DNA of 25,901 nucleotides from Candidatus Hodarchaeota archaeon (lineage in GTDB: Archaea; Asgardarchaeota; Heimdallarchaeia; Hodarchaeales; Hodarchaeaceae): positions 1 to 25,901 of the forward strand of contig JAHQWW010000046.1 of assembly GCA_029856365.1 (NCBI GenBank), read 5' to 3'. Made by a program: the position numbers and the translations under genes. This document shows, piece after piece, positions 1-9,302 of this stretch. The notes below the pieces were generated by a model that was not told the DNA's origin, searched no databases, and worked only from the letters and a program-made list of their open reading frames with translations. How positions within the stretch are numbered: the stretch's first letter is position 1; every line of letters starts with the position of its first letter.

Positions 1-384
1 TATTTCTATAATTAAAGCTGACAAGCTTTTATTTAGCGACTTCTTTGTTGTCCTTTTCACATTGAATTTTCTCTCCCATCTCTGATTTATTCACCTCATT
101 TGAGAAAAAATCAAAAGAATTTTGCAATTAGCTAATGAATTGGATACACTTTATAAATTGGAATAAGAAATTGAAAAGACTAAAGGATTTTGAAAAACAA
201 ATCTACGAAGAGCTTGATCTCGACACTGAATTATTGCTAATTTATGGCGATCATTAAGATCTAAAAGAGATTAAAGAAATTCTCGATCGACAGAACCAAA
301 AATTCACAGTGAAATCTGCCCATATTATAAGAAATCAAAGTGATTCAATCAGAATGAATTGTAATAAGATAAGTAGTAGAAAAA

Positions 385-888
385 TTATTCTAAATAGCTT
401 ACTATCTCATTTTCTGGTTTTCTGGATGTAGCTTTAGGTTTCTCTGCAGCATAACCGATTGGAGTTAAAGCTAGAAACTGAAAATTAGTAGGTATATTAC
501 AAGCTTTCTTCATGGCCATAGGATCCGTATTCGCTATCCAAACTGTAGATAATCCCTCAGCTGTTGCAGCAAGAATAACATGTTCAAAGACAATACTACC
601 ATCCATCCATGCGAAATTTTTGCCATCAAATTTTCTCACCCATGCAGCTGTTTCGTCTACAAATATGGCTAGTACAAGGGGAGCTTGATGAACTGCTTTC
701 TGTTTGACAAAATCAAGTGTTTTTTTAGGATTCTTAATAACAACAAGTTTGTACGGTTGTTTATTAGCAGCAGTAGGTGCTGATCTTGCTGCTTGCAAAA
801 TTCTCTTCAATTGTTCATCTGTTATTGGTCTGTCAGGATGATAAGCTCTAATACTTCTTCTGGTCTCAATTACCTTGAAAAACTCCAT
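385..888 (-). CDS. Nitroreductase family flavoprotein
   Basis: RRSIRAY FMN-phosphate motif, APTAANKQP loop, LAATAEGLSTVWI and LTPIGYA; GAGGAG Shine-Dalgarno-like site upstream on the minus strand. Confidence 0.93.
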   Translation of the reverse strand: MEFFKVIETRRSIRAYHPDRPITDEQLKRILQAARSAPTAANKQPYKLVVIKNPKKTLDFVKQKAVHQAPLVLAIFVDETAAWVRKFDGKNFAWMDGSIVFEHVILAATAEGLSTVWIANTDPMAMKKACNIPTNFQFLALTPIGYAAEKPKATSRKPENEIVSYLE

Positions 889-965
889 TAGAATCTCCTC
901 AAATCATTTAATTCATGAAGTTTAAAGTATGAGATAATCTTCAAAACTAATACTAAAATACTTGG

Positions 966-2387
966 GTGTTCTTCTTGACTGATATAATGATTAAAAATGC
1001 TACAATAATAACAGTTAATTCAAAAAATGAGGTGATTTCCGATGGAGGGATAATAATTGAGGGAAACGAGATCATCGATATTGGTACGATGGAGCAAATG
1101 AAGAAATATTTTACAGATGAGGTGGTCGACGCAGAGGGAATGGTAGTAATGCCAGGACTCATCAATTCTCACACACATCTAGCAATGACCTTATTCAGGG
1201 GGGTAGCTGATGATGTTCCAGGTATAAACTGGCTTCCAATAATTTGGTCAATTGAAAAGAACATTTCAGCAGATTTTTGTCATGTTGGTTCTCTTTTGGG
1301 TTGTTTGGAGATGATTAAGACCGGTACAACTTGTTTCGCTGATCAATACTGGCACATGGAGAAAACTGCTGAGGCTGTTCAGGAGTCTGGGATGCGTGCA
1401 AACCTTTCTCAAGGGATTCTGGAACTGAATGATCCCAACAAAGGAGAAAAAGACTTAGTAGAAAGTGTTACTTTTGCAAAGAAATGGAATAATTCGTTAG
1501 ATGGCCGAATCGTATGTAAATTAGGCCCCCACTCTATTTACACATGTTCACCTACATTACTTCAGAATACTCGTGAGGCAGCTGATAGTATTAATGTAGG
1601 CTTACATATTCATGTTGCAGAAGCCCCAAACGAATCAAAAATGGCTAAAAAAAGTCATGGTGGTACATCTATTGACCATCTAAACAGTTTAGGTATTTTA
1701 AAAGGGGATGTATTGGCTGCTCATTGTGTGTTTGTAAATGACCGAGACAGAGAAATTATGAAACGTACAAATACATCCGTTGCCCATTGTCCCTCATCAA
1801 TGATGAAATATGGTAATGAAATTGCTCCAATACCAGAATTAATTGATAAGAATGTTGTGGTGGGGATTGGAACTGATGGATGTGGAAGTAATAATAATCT
1901 TGACATGATTGAAGAGATGAGAACTGCTGCTTTTCTACATAAAATGAATAAAAAAGATGCAACTGTTCTTCCTGCTCACCAGATCATTCGGATGGCAACG
2001 ATTCTCGGTGCACAAGGATTAGGGTTAGAAAAAAGCATTGGTTCACTTGAAATTGGCAAGAAAGCTGATATTATAATAATAAATTTTAAAAAACCTCATC
2101 TCACTCCTTTCCATAATTGCCCTTCACATATTGTATATTCTGCATTTGGATCAGATGTTGACACAGTGATAATTGATGGAACCTTAGTTATGAAGAACAG
2201 GCAAGTCTTAACTTTAGATGAAATGAAAATTCTTGAAACAGCTCAGCAAGCTTTCGAAAAACTCCTCGAAATGGGTGGATATACTTCCAATTCTGAAAAA
2301 AATCCTAAACCAAGCTTTAAAACTAATTTAATAGTGAAATCATTTCAAACATACTTGAAAATTTCTCAAAAACTTAAAGGGGGGTAA
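966..2387 (+). CDS. Metal-dependent amidohydrolase, MTA/SAH deaminase (MtaD/AtzA/TrzA)-like, with a basic C-terminal extension
   Basis: MPGLINSHTH (HxH), PHSIYTC, HIHVAE, AAHCV, GIGTDG and GSLEIGKKAD motifs. True start may be TTG 976 region or ATG 987-990. Substrate is not certain. Confidence 0.88.
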   Translation: MFFLTDIMIKNATIITVNSKNEVISDGGIIIEGNEIIDIGTMEQMKKYFTDEVVDAEGMVVMPGLINSHTHLAMTLFRGVADDVPGINWLPIIWSIEKNISADFCHVGSLLGCLEMIKTGTTCFADQYWHMEKTAEAVQESGMRANLSQGILELNDPNKGEKDLVESVTFAKKWNNSLDGRIVCKLGPHSIYTCSPTLLQNTREAADSINVGLHIHVAEAPNESKMAKKSHGGTSIDHLNSLGILKGDVLAAHCVFVNDRDREIMKRTNTSVAHCPSSMMKYGNEIAPIPELIDKNVVVGIGTDGCGSNNNLDMIEEMRTAAFLHKMNKKDATVLPAHQIIRMATILGAQGLGLEKSIGSLEIGKKADIIIINFKKPHLTPFHNCPSHIVYSAFGSDVDTVIIDGTLVMKNRQVLTLDEMKILETAQQAFEKLLEMGGYTSNSEKNPKPSFKTNLIVKSFQTYLKISQKLKGG

Positions 2388-2439
2388 TTTTAATCTAAGA
2401 TTATTCAAATAATTATTCCGTCATGGAGATAATCCTTTA

Positions 2440-3750
2440 ATGAATATTCACAGATCCTCATTAACCGAAGAAAGAATCGAAACACCCTCTAACGAATTAA
2501 TACAAAAAGTCGAAAACATAATGACTTCAGGAATTGATCCAATCAAACATTTAAAGCAGATTAATTACCCAAGAAGAGCGGGAACTGAAGGAGACGAGAA
2601 GGCTGCTGATTATATATTCACAACTTTACAAGAATATGGATTTCAACCCAAAACCCAAGAATTTCATTTTCTAAGAATGAGAACTAGATTTACTCTAATA
2701 CTACCCCTATTATTCCTATGTTGGGGATTATTAAGTTTGATCAATATTTTATATTTGGAGAATAACCTAATTGTCTCTATTGTTATTCTTTCAGCACCGA
2801 CCACTGCATTATTAGTCTTATTTAAGCTTAATTTTTTTGTAAAGTATTTCTTAAGCAGAAAAGCAAAGCAGATGCAGAAGTTGGAAGACAAAATAAGAAA
2901 TCATGCATTGACAGAAAAAGAGAAAGCACACATTATGACGAGTAAAAATATCATTGCTGATGTCGGGACTCCTGAAGCAGAAAATCATATTTTATTCACA
3001 GCACACATTGACACAATTTCCTCAAAGCTTTCAATAAGATTCATTAAGAATCTTGGAATATTAGGCACAATTAGTTTTGGTGCTTATTCAGGAGCTTATT
3101 TATTGAATATATTCAGTGATTTCTTTTTACATTGGAATTTTATGATGGAATTTATCCCTTTATTCATAATTCTATTAATTCTTGTGTATGCATCGCTTGG
3201 GATTCTCTTCATATCCCAAAGTATGAGAAGTAATGAATCTCATGGCATTATTGACGATGGTACGGGGATTGCTATATTATTAGAACTAGCAAAGTTCGTA
3301 AAAGATCAGAATATTCAAAATCGGAAATTTATCTTTGGATTTTTCGGCGCAGAAGAAGCTGGATTGATTGGTTCTTCCAATTACTACCATAAAACTCAAT
3401 TTGATAAGAATAAATTACATGTGATTTCATTTGATATGATTGGGGAAAAAACTCCATTAGCTTATATAAAGGGAATTAATCCAATAATCAAGACACCTAT
3501 GGATTCTATGTTTAATTCGAATATTACTGAGGTTGCTGAGAGGCTGAATATTGAGATAAAAGGAATAAACTTCATTTATCCCGGATCTGATTTCGCTCAT
3601 TGGTTATTTGATGGATATAAAACAAATTGGTTTATCAACAATAGTAAGTTCATTCATTCAAAACATGATAATTTAAACAATCTAAATGAGAAATTGGTTA
3701 ACAATGCTTTAAGAATAATTATTGGTTACCTCATAGAATATTTATCTTAA
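2440..3750 (+). CDS. Membrane-embedded M28 family metallopeptidase
   Basis: PRRAGTEG, AHIDT, GIIDDGTG, AEEAGLIGS, FDMIG, GSDF and IHSKHD metal/catalytic motifs, with two hydrophobic hairpins inserted. Confidence 0.85.
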   Translation: MNIHRSSLTEERIETPSNELIQKVENIMTSGIDPIKHLKQINYPRRAGTEGDEKAADYIFTTLQEYGFQPKTQEFHFLRMRTRFTLILPLLFLCWGLLSLINILYLENNLIVSIVILSAPTTALLVLFKLNFFVKYFLSRKAKQMQKLEDKIRNHALTEKEKAHIMTSKNIIADVGTPEAENHILFTAHIDTISSKLSIRFIKNLGILGTISFGAYSGAYLLNIFSDFFLHWNFMMEFIPLFIILLILVYASLGILFISQSMRSNESHGIIDDGTGIAILLELAKFVKDQNIQNRKFIFGFFGAEEAGLIGSSNYYHKTQFDKNKLHVISFDMIGEKTPLAYIKGINPIIKTPMDSMFNSNITEVAERLNIEIKGINFIYPGSDFAHWLFDGYKTNWFINNSKFIHSKHDNLNNLNEKLVNNALRIIIGYLIEYLS

Positions 3751-3766
3751 TTATGATTAAAACCTC

Positions 3767-3776
3767 GTTTTTTTTC
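3767..3776 (+). terminator. Oligo-T archaeal-type terminator candidate after the M28 gene
   Basis: Run of about nine T about 17 nt after the stop codon. Confidence 0.4.
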
Positions 3777-3854
3777 ATGTTGGTTATCAATAGTCCTAAT
3801 AAAAACTAGTATGTTTTACAATTAATCGTTCTCTTGACCTTCTATAATCGATAC

Positions 3855-3900
3855 ATATATATAACTAACATACTATAACTCATATAGTATAACTCATAGG
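3855..3900 (+). promoter_or_regulatory. Putative TATA region and PadR operator
   Basis: TATAACT at 3860, 3874 and 3888 (14-bp period); inverted repeat ATACTAT-N7-ATAGTAT at 3870-3890; immediately upstream of the PadR ATG at 3910. Confidence 0.6.
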
Positions 3901-3909
3901 GTTTGAAAA

Positions 3910-4269
3910 ATGAATCATCAAGATTTATTGCATAAATGGCAAACAGAATTCAAGAAAGGCTTTTCCAAACCACTAATCCTGCAATCACTTTCAGAAGGGA
4001 AAAATTATCCATATCCCTTGACAAAAAAAATCAAAGAATTATCAAATGGAATGATTTCCATTGCAGGATCTAATATCTATCCAATGCTTACAAATCTTGA
4101 AAAAGAAGAATTAATCGCGAGTCAATCTGTTGAAATAACGACCAAGGAGGGGAAAACAAAGAAAAGAAATATTTATGAAATTACTGAAGAGGGAAAGGAA
4201 TTTCTTGAACATCTTAAGTTATCTATGCAAGAATTTACCGAGGTTATACAAAAAATAATTTATCCATAA
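3910..4269 (+). CDS. PadR family transcriptional regulator
   Basis: EFKKG..LIL, GSNIYPMLTNLEKEELI and RNIYEITEEG winged-helix motifs. Confidence 0.93.
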   Translation: MNHQDLLHKWQTEFKKGFSKPLILQSLSEGKNYPYPLTKKIKELSNGMISIAGSNIYPMLTNLEKEELIASQSVEITTKEGKTKKRNIYEITEEGKEFLEHLKLSMQEFTEVIQKIIYP

Positions 4270-4273
4270 GAGC

Positions 4274-4951
4274 GTGAGCGAAAAAAGTATGAAGAATGCT
4301 AAAATACTAAATCCAATTAAATTTTACATAAAAAAAATCAACAAACTGTTACCTTATCCAAAATCAGTAAAAAAATCGATACTAGAAAGTTTAGAACAAG
4401 ATATAGTGGAAGCCATGGAAGATACTAATAATCCTGATCCAACAGAAGTGTTTGGTGACCCTTATACAGTAGCTAAAAACCTTAGTCATAGTAAAGGTTT
4501 AGGAATATCACCAGTTGGGTTTGGAATTAGGACAGTAGCTTATTTTATTGACTTCTTCCTTAGTCTCATAGTTTGTATCATCTTAATAATTCCTACAGTA
4601 TTTTTAATTGGTCCACATGTTGTTTATGAAACGAACCCGATTGTTTTCATTGCTGAATTCCTTTTGTTAATTTTGGGACTTATTTCTGGAATTTTCGTCT
4701 TTTTCGGTTACCCTATCCTTTTAGAGGGCCTTTTCTCAACCACAATAGGGAAGAAACTATTTGGATTGATCGTAATTGATGTTTCAGGAATAAGAATTTC
4801 TTGGAAACAAGCTATTATCCGGAATCTTCCAAAAACACAAGCAGAATTCCTATTCTTCGATGTTCTTATTGGGAAGTACATTCAAAAAACTACAAATCAA
4901 CGAGCGTTAGATCAAGTTGCTGAAACCCTTGTAGTAAGAGTAAAAAGTTAA
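4274..4951 (+). CDS. HAAS-like N-terminal helical domain fused to an RDD family membrane domain
   Basis: N-terminal FYIKKINKLL...FGDPYTVAKNL (HAAS-like); RDD motifs IRTVAYFIDF, TIGKKLFGLIV, IIRN and QRALDQVAETLVV. Confidence 0.85.
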   Translation: MSEKSMKNAKILNPIKFYIKKINKLLPYPKSVKKSILESLEQDIVEAMEDTNNPDPTEVFGDPYTVAKNLSHSKGLGISPVGFGIRTVAYFIDFFLSLIVCIILIIPTVFLIGPHVVYETNPIVFIAEFLLLILGLISGIFVFFGYPILLEGLFSTTIGKKLFGLIVIDVSGIRISWKQAIIRNLPKTQAEFLFFDVLIGKYIQKTTNQRALDQVAETLVVRVKS

Positions 4952-5018
4952 TCATGGTTCAATCATACTAAAACTGCTATTGGTGTAGAAAACCAATTGA
5001 AACACGGGATGAAACAAA

Positions 5019-5843
5019 TTGAAAAATTGTCAAAACTGTGCAAATGAGTTTCCTAATGATTATCTATTTTGTCCAAAGTGTGGAGTTAAATTTAGCGGTA
5101 AAGAATTGGTTAGCTTCGAAGATAAAGATTCAAACCTCATGGTAGCCTGTTATAATCTCCATAAATCCTATTTGATGGGAAAAACTGCAGTTAATGCCTT
5201 AAGAGGTGTGGATCTCAAGGTCAATATTGGTGACTTTATATCAATTATGGGGCCATCTGGTTCTGGTAAATCAACATTAATGCACCTCTTGGGAGGATTA
5301 GATTCTCCATCTCGAGGCCATGTAGTCATAAGAAACTGGGAAAACAAACTAGTTGAAATCTCAAACCTCTCAAAAAATGAATTATCAGCTATCCGACTTC
5401 ATGTAACGGGATTTATTTTTCAACAGTTCTATTTATTACCAACTCTCACTGCAGCAGAAAACATTGCCATACCATTAATTTTCACTGGAGACAAATCAGA
5501 TTCATTTACAAAAACACGAACAAGTGAATTATTAGAGCTGGTTGGCCTTTCAAAAAGGGATCATCATCTCCCTTCAGAACTAAGCGGGGGTGAGCAGCAG
5601 CGTGTCGCTATAGCTCGAGCATTAGCCAACGATCCACCCCTTGTTCTTGCAGATGAACCCACGGGTGATCTAGACTCTCGAACTGGTCATATGATAATAC
5701 AAATACTTAAGAATCTTAATAAAATGGGAAAAACAGTAATTATGGTGACTCATGACTCCAGCGTCGCTGAATACGCAAAAACAACAATAAATATGATTGA
5801 TGGGAGGTTCACTAGAGGTCAAAAGATTTCTGGTGAGGGATAA
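5019..5843 (+). CDS. ABC transporter ATP-binding protein (LolD/MacB type) with an N-terminal zinc ribbon
   Basis: Walker [10 protein letters not shown]-loop [19 protein letters not shown], Walker B LADEPTG, H-loop VTHD; N-terminal CQNC..CPKCG. Confidence 0.95.
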   Translation: MKNCQNCANEFPNDYLFCPKCGVKFSGKELVSFEDKDSNLMVACYNLHKSYLMGKTAVNALRGVDLKVNIGDFISIMGPSGSGKSTLMHLLGGLDSPSRGHVVIRNWENKLVEISNLSKNELSAIRLHVTGFIFQQFYLLPTLTAAENIAIPLIFTGDKSDSFTKTRTSELLELVGLSKRDHHLPSELSGGEQQRVAIARALANDPPLVLADEPTGDLDSRTGHMIIQILKNLNKMGKTVIMVTHDSSVAEYAKTTINMIDGRFTRGQKISGEG

Positions 5844-5845
5844 TT

Positions 5846-8653
5846 TTGAATAATTTACAATCACCTTTTAAACAGTTTATATGGATGTTAAAATTCATTT
5901 ATCGCGATGCAAAAAAACATAAATTAAGAAATGCGATTGGAATTGTATCTATTGGCTTAAGTATAGGACTTTTAGTCGCTATGAACGCTACTGTTGATAC
6001 TTTATCCAATTCATATGTTGATTTAATTTTAAATACAACTCAAGATTATGATTATGAGATAAACCCCTCAGAAGGAATTTTTATTACCAATTATTCATAT
6101 CTTATTTCAGAAATCAATGAGCTTAATGAGATAAATGATGCAACACCTAGATACATTTCTCAGGCGTTCATGAGGATTCGATATGAATCACACGACATAA
6201 TTGATATTCCTGCTGTTTTAATTGGATTAAATATTACTAAAGAAAATGAGTTACAAATAGGGAGTTTTGATCCCGAAATAAGAGAGCCAATTGGTATAAA
6301 TCAATGTTTATTGATTGGAAATTTCGGTAAGAATGTTAAAACTGTATTAAACGAGAATTTATCAATAAATCACTTCTATATCAATTTTCAGGATACTATA
6401 GGTACTACTCATGAACATAAACTGGAAATTTCCCAAGTTATTGAAGACGATCAAAGATTACCAGCAAGATTCAACGTCGTTGTCGTTGATCTATCATTGA
6501 TAGAATCGTGGGTACAAATTGATGAAATTTGTACTACTGTTATTGGTAAATTTCAAGATACATCTATTTACTCAGCCATTGATCCCGAAACTTCAGTCCA
6601 AAAAGCTCAACAATTGGCAATTAAGATTCAATCCAAAATTGGGTTTGAATATTCTGTTGTGTTGCCTAAAGCCACAGCAATTGAAGCTGCGGATTTCTCT
6701 GGAATAAGATTGCTATTAAACTTTATTGGGATTCTAATCCTTTTACTGTCTACTTTATTAATCTACAGTCTTAATACAATATCAATTGAAGAGAAGAACC
6801 GTGAGTATGGAATGTTACGAACATTGGGGGTCAAAGATTTAAAAATTTTAATGATACTATTCTTAAATCAATTATTCAGTGTATTTTGGGGTATAATTGT
6901 AGGATTAGGCTTGGGATATATTTTTAGCATGTTTATTTCAAACATCCTTCTCTCAAGTTTGGAAAAATACACTATAGCCATTTCAGCTCAAACCATCTTA
7001 TTCTCTACTTCTATTGGCGCTCTAGCTGGATTTCTCTCTGCAATAAAACCAAGTATAAGCTTAATTAACAGAAACATTGTATTATCATTAGAAGTAGGTC
7101 GTCATTATGATCAAGAATACTCGATCAAGCGGGAGCGGCGTGTTTCTAAGTCGATGGGGTTGGTCGGATTAGCAATAGCAGGTGTTGGTTCAATATTTTT
7201 TGTTATTTTCCCCTTACTCAATATCCTTGATGATCCAAATTTATCGCAAATATTGTTCCTAAGCTTACTATTGTCGTTCTTAATAGGATCTGTTCTTCTA
7301 GTTGTTGGCGTTGTTTCTCCGCTTTTTGAGGGAATTCTTGCTAAGATTCTAATGTTACCCAAGAAAACCCGTAAAATAGGAATTCTCACAAAGACTTTTC
7401 TGTTAAAAAACCAAAGACGTAATTCCTTAACAGCTACAATCTTTGCTTTAAGTTTAGCTTTCATACTATATTTGTCAATGTCTAATAGCCTTCAGAACTA
7501 TACGATGATGGAGAATCTTAGACATTATTATGGTTCAGATATTGTTGTTCAGTCATCTGGTGCAATTAATGACTATGTTGATCCTTCTGTAATTTCTTTT
7601 ATTAGGAATCATGAAAATGTCTCAGGAGTTTCTTATACAAGCGCTGGAAACATTCTCTTATTGATTGGATGTCAAACCTCGTTAGGAGATATGGCTTTAT
7701 TCAACTCGATCTCACCAAGCGGTATCTATGCAATACCTGATCAAGAATTTGGAAATAGCCTATATTCATCTCCGTCTGTAAATAATAATGCTTGGAAAAA
7801 TCTTGTAGGAAAAAATAACACAGTTGTTGTTTCTCGAGCAATTGTTGAACGGCTAAAGATAAAAATAAATGAATCAGTTCGATTAAAAATCTATAGTCAA
7901 GTTGAGAATAATAATGAACTTTATGGTAAAAATTTGAATCTGACTATTGTTGGGATTGCTGATCGTGTGCCTGGTTTTAATGATGTACATATTACCTCAA
8001 AATTCGCTGATTCTTCAGCAGTATTTGTTGGGAATGAAACTTGGAATACGATAATGAAAAATAAGAAATTGAATGTAAGCGAACAAATTACTGTTAATTC
8101 ACATATAGACAGGGTTTTTATCAGAGGAGTTAGAGATGATTCTGAAATAATTGAAAGCATTCAACTTGACTTATTCTTAGAATATGGAACAGCTATTCAA
8201 ACAATTCGTATAGATACTCTTCTAGAAGATCTTGTAGCTCAACAGGAAGACAGTCGTGAAACTTTATCAGTCATTCTTTCATTGAGTCTTATTATCGCCT
8301 TCTTTTCAATCTTTAGCAGCACCCAGACAAGCATTATTGAAGCTTTACATGAGATTGGGATCATTAAAGCTATTGGACTTAAAGAAAAGGAATTAATACT
8401 GGTCTTTATTTCACAGGCGTTGATTCTAACTTTGATTTCTACGATTCTTGGTGGCTTAGTTGGTTACAGCCTAGCTTATCTTCAATGGCTTCAGAGTGCG
8501 ATTTCAACCGAGTTTCCTATAACAATCATTGCACCTGACCCAATTGTTCTATCAATTTATCTGATTGCGCTGTTACTAAGTATATTTGGAACTTATCTAC
8601 CTGTAAGATCGTTAAAGCACAAAGAACCCTCAGAAATATTAAGAACACTTTGA
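5846..8653 (+). CDS. ABC transporter permease with duplicated MacB/FtsX modules
   Basis: Two FtsX-type motifs (EKNREYGMLRTLG; EIGIIKAIG), two extracytoplasmic domains, C-terminal PSEILR; 2 bp after the ATPase stop. Confidence 0.92.
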   Translation: MNNLQSPFKQFIWMLKFIYRDAKKHKLRNAIGIVSIGLSIGLLVAMNATVDTLSNSYVDLILNTTQDYDYEINPSEGIFITNYSYLISEINELNEINDATPRYISQAFMRIRYESHDIIDIPAVLIGLNITKENELQIGSFDPEIREPIGINQCLLIGNFGKNVKTVLNENLSINHFYINFQDTIGTTHEHKLEISQVIEDDQRLPARFNVVVVDLSLIESWVQIDEICTTVIGKFQDTSIYSAIDPETSVQKAQQLAIKIQSKIGFEYSVVLPKATAIEAADFSGIRLLLNFIGILILLLSTLLIYSLNTISIEEKNREYGMLRTLGVKDLKILMILFLNQLFSVFWGIIVGLGLGYIFSMFISNILLSSLEKYTIAISAQTILFSTSIGALAGFLSAIKPSISLINRNIVLSLEVGRHYDQEYSIKRERRVSKSMGLVGLAIAGVGSIFFVIFPLLNILDDPNLSQILFLSLLLSFLIGSVLLVVGVVSPLFEGILAKILMLPKKTRKIGILTKTFLLKNQRRNSLTATIFALSLAFILYLSMSNSLQNYTMMENLRHYYGSDIVVQSSGAINDYVDPSVISFIRNHENVSGVSYTSAGNILLLIGCQTSLGDMALFNSISPSGIYAIPDQEFGNSLYSSPSVNNNAWKNLVGKNNTVVVSRAIVERLKIKINESVRLKIYSQVENNNELYGKNLNLTIVGIADRVPGFNDVHITSKFADSSAVFVGNETWNTIMKNKKLNVSEQITVNSHIDRVFIRGVRDDSEIIESIQLDLFLEYGTAIQTIRIDTLLEDLVAQQEDSRETLSVILSLSLIIAFFSIFSSTQTSIIEALHEIGIIKAIGLKEKELILVFISQALILTLISTILGGLVGYSLAYLQWLQSAISTEFPITIIAPDPIVLSIYLIALLLSIFGTYLPVRSLKHKEPSEILRTL

Positions 8654-8768
8654 TATAAGAGTTTAGATATCTTTTGGTTGTAAAAGAGATTAGGATGAGT
8701 GAGAGTTCTTTATTATCCAAAAACTTAATCTAGTATTGGATAAGACTAAATCCAAACTGGTGGAAATT

Positions 8769-9257
8769 ATGGTAAAGTTGGATACTGTAAAAATTGAGAT
8801 ACCAGAAGGAATAAACATAATTTTGGGTCAAACTCACTTCATTAAAACTGTGGAAGACTTGTACGAAGCTTTATCTGAGGCCTCTGCAGGAATAAAATTT
8901 GGCCTTGCCTTTTGTGAGGCATCAGGCCCTTGTCTTGTACGACATTCGGGGAATGACCCCGAACTTGAGAAAATCGCTTCAGAGATGGCCCTGAAGATAG
9001 GAGCAGGACATACTTTCATCATTTATTTAAGAAATGCTTTCCCAGTTAACGTTTTGAAACGTGTTCAGGCTGTTTCAGAGACAGTTTCAACTTTTTGTGC
9101 CACTGCTAATCCTATGGAGGTAATTATAGCAGAATCTGATCAGGGTCGGGGCATTCTTGGCGTGATTGATGGTTTTTCTCCCAAAGGTATTGAAACGAGT
9201 GAAGATATTGAAGAACGGAAAAAGTTTTTACGGACAATAGGTTATAAAACACCGTAA
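8769..9257 (+). CDS. DUF355 / adenosine-specific kinase family protein
   Basis: NIILGQTHFIKTVEDLYE, FGLAFCEASG, IGAGHTF, FCATANP, GRGILGVIDG and FLRTIGYK. Start placed at ATG 8769 after GGTGGA; the ORF track starts at 8736. Confidence 0.92.
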   Translation: MVKLDTVKIEIPEGINIILGQTHFIKTVEDLYEALSEASAGIKFGLAFCEASGPCLVRHSGNDPELEKIASEMALKIGAGHTFIIYLRNAFPVNVLKRVQAVSETVSTFCATANPMEVIIAESDQGRGILGVIDGFSPKGIETSEDIEERKKFLRTIGYKTP

Positions 9258-9302
9258 TTAACAATACTAAAGATCCTAACTTTATAAAAGTTACTTATTT
9301 CT

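Noticed and set aside
100-312. Protein-like short frames (ATG 135: MNWIHF..KRLKDFEKQIYEELDLDTELLLIYGDH*DLKEIKEILDRQ)
   Set aside because: May be a decayed gene remnant, but it is short, interrupted and has no recognisable homology
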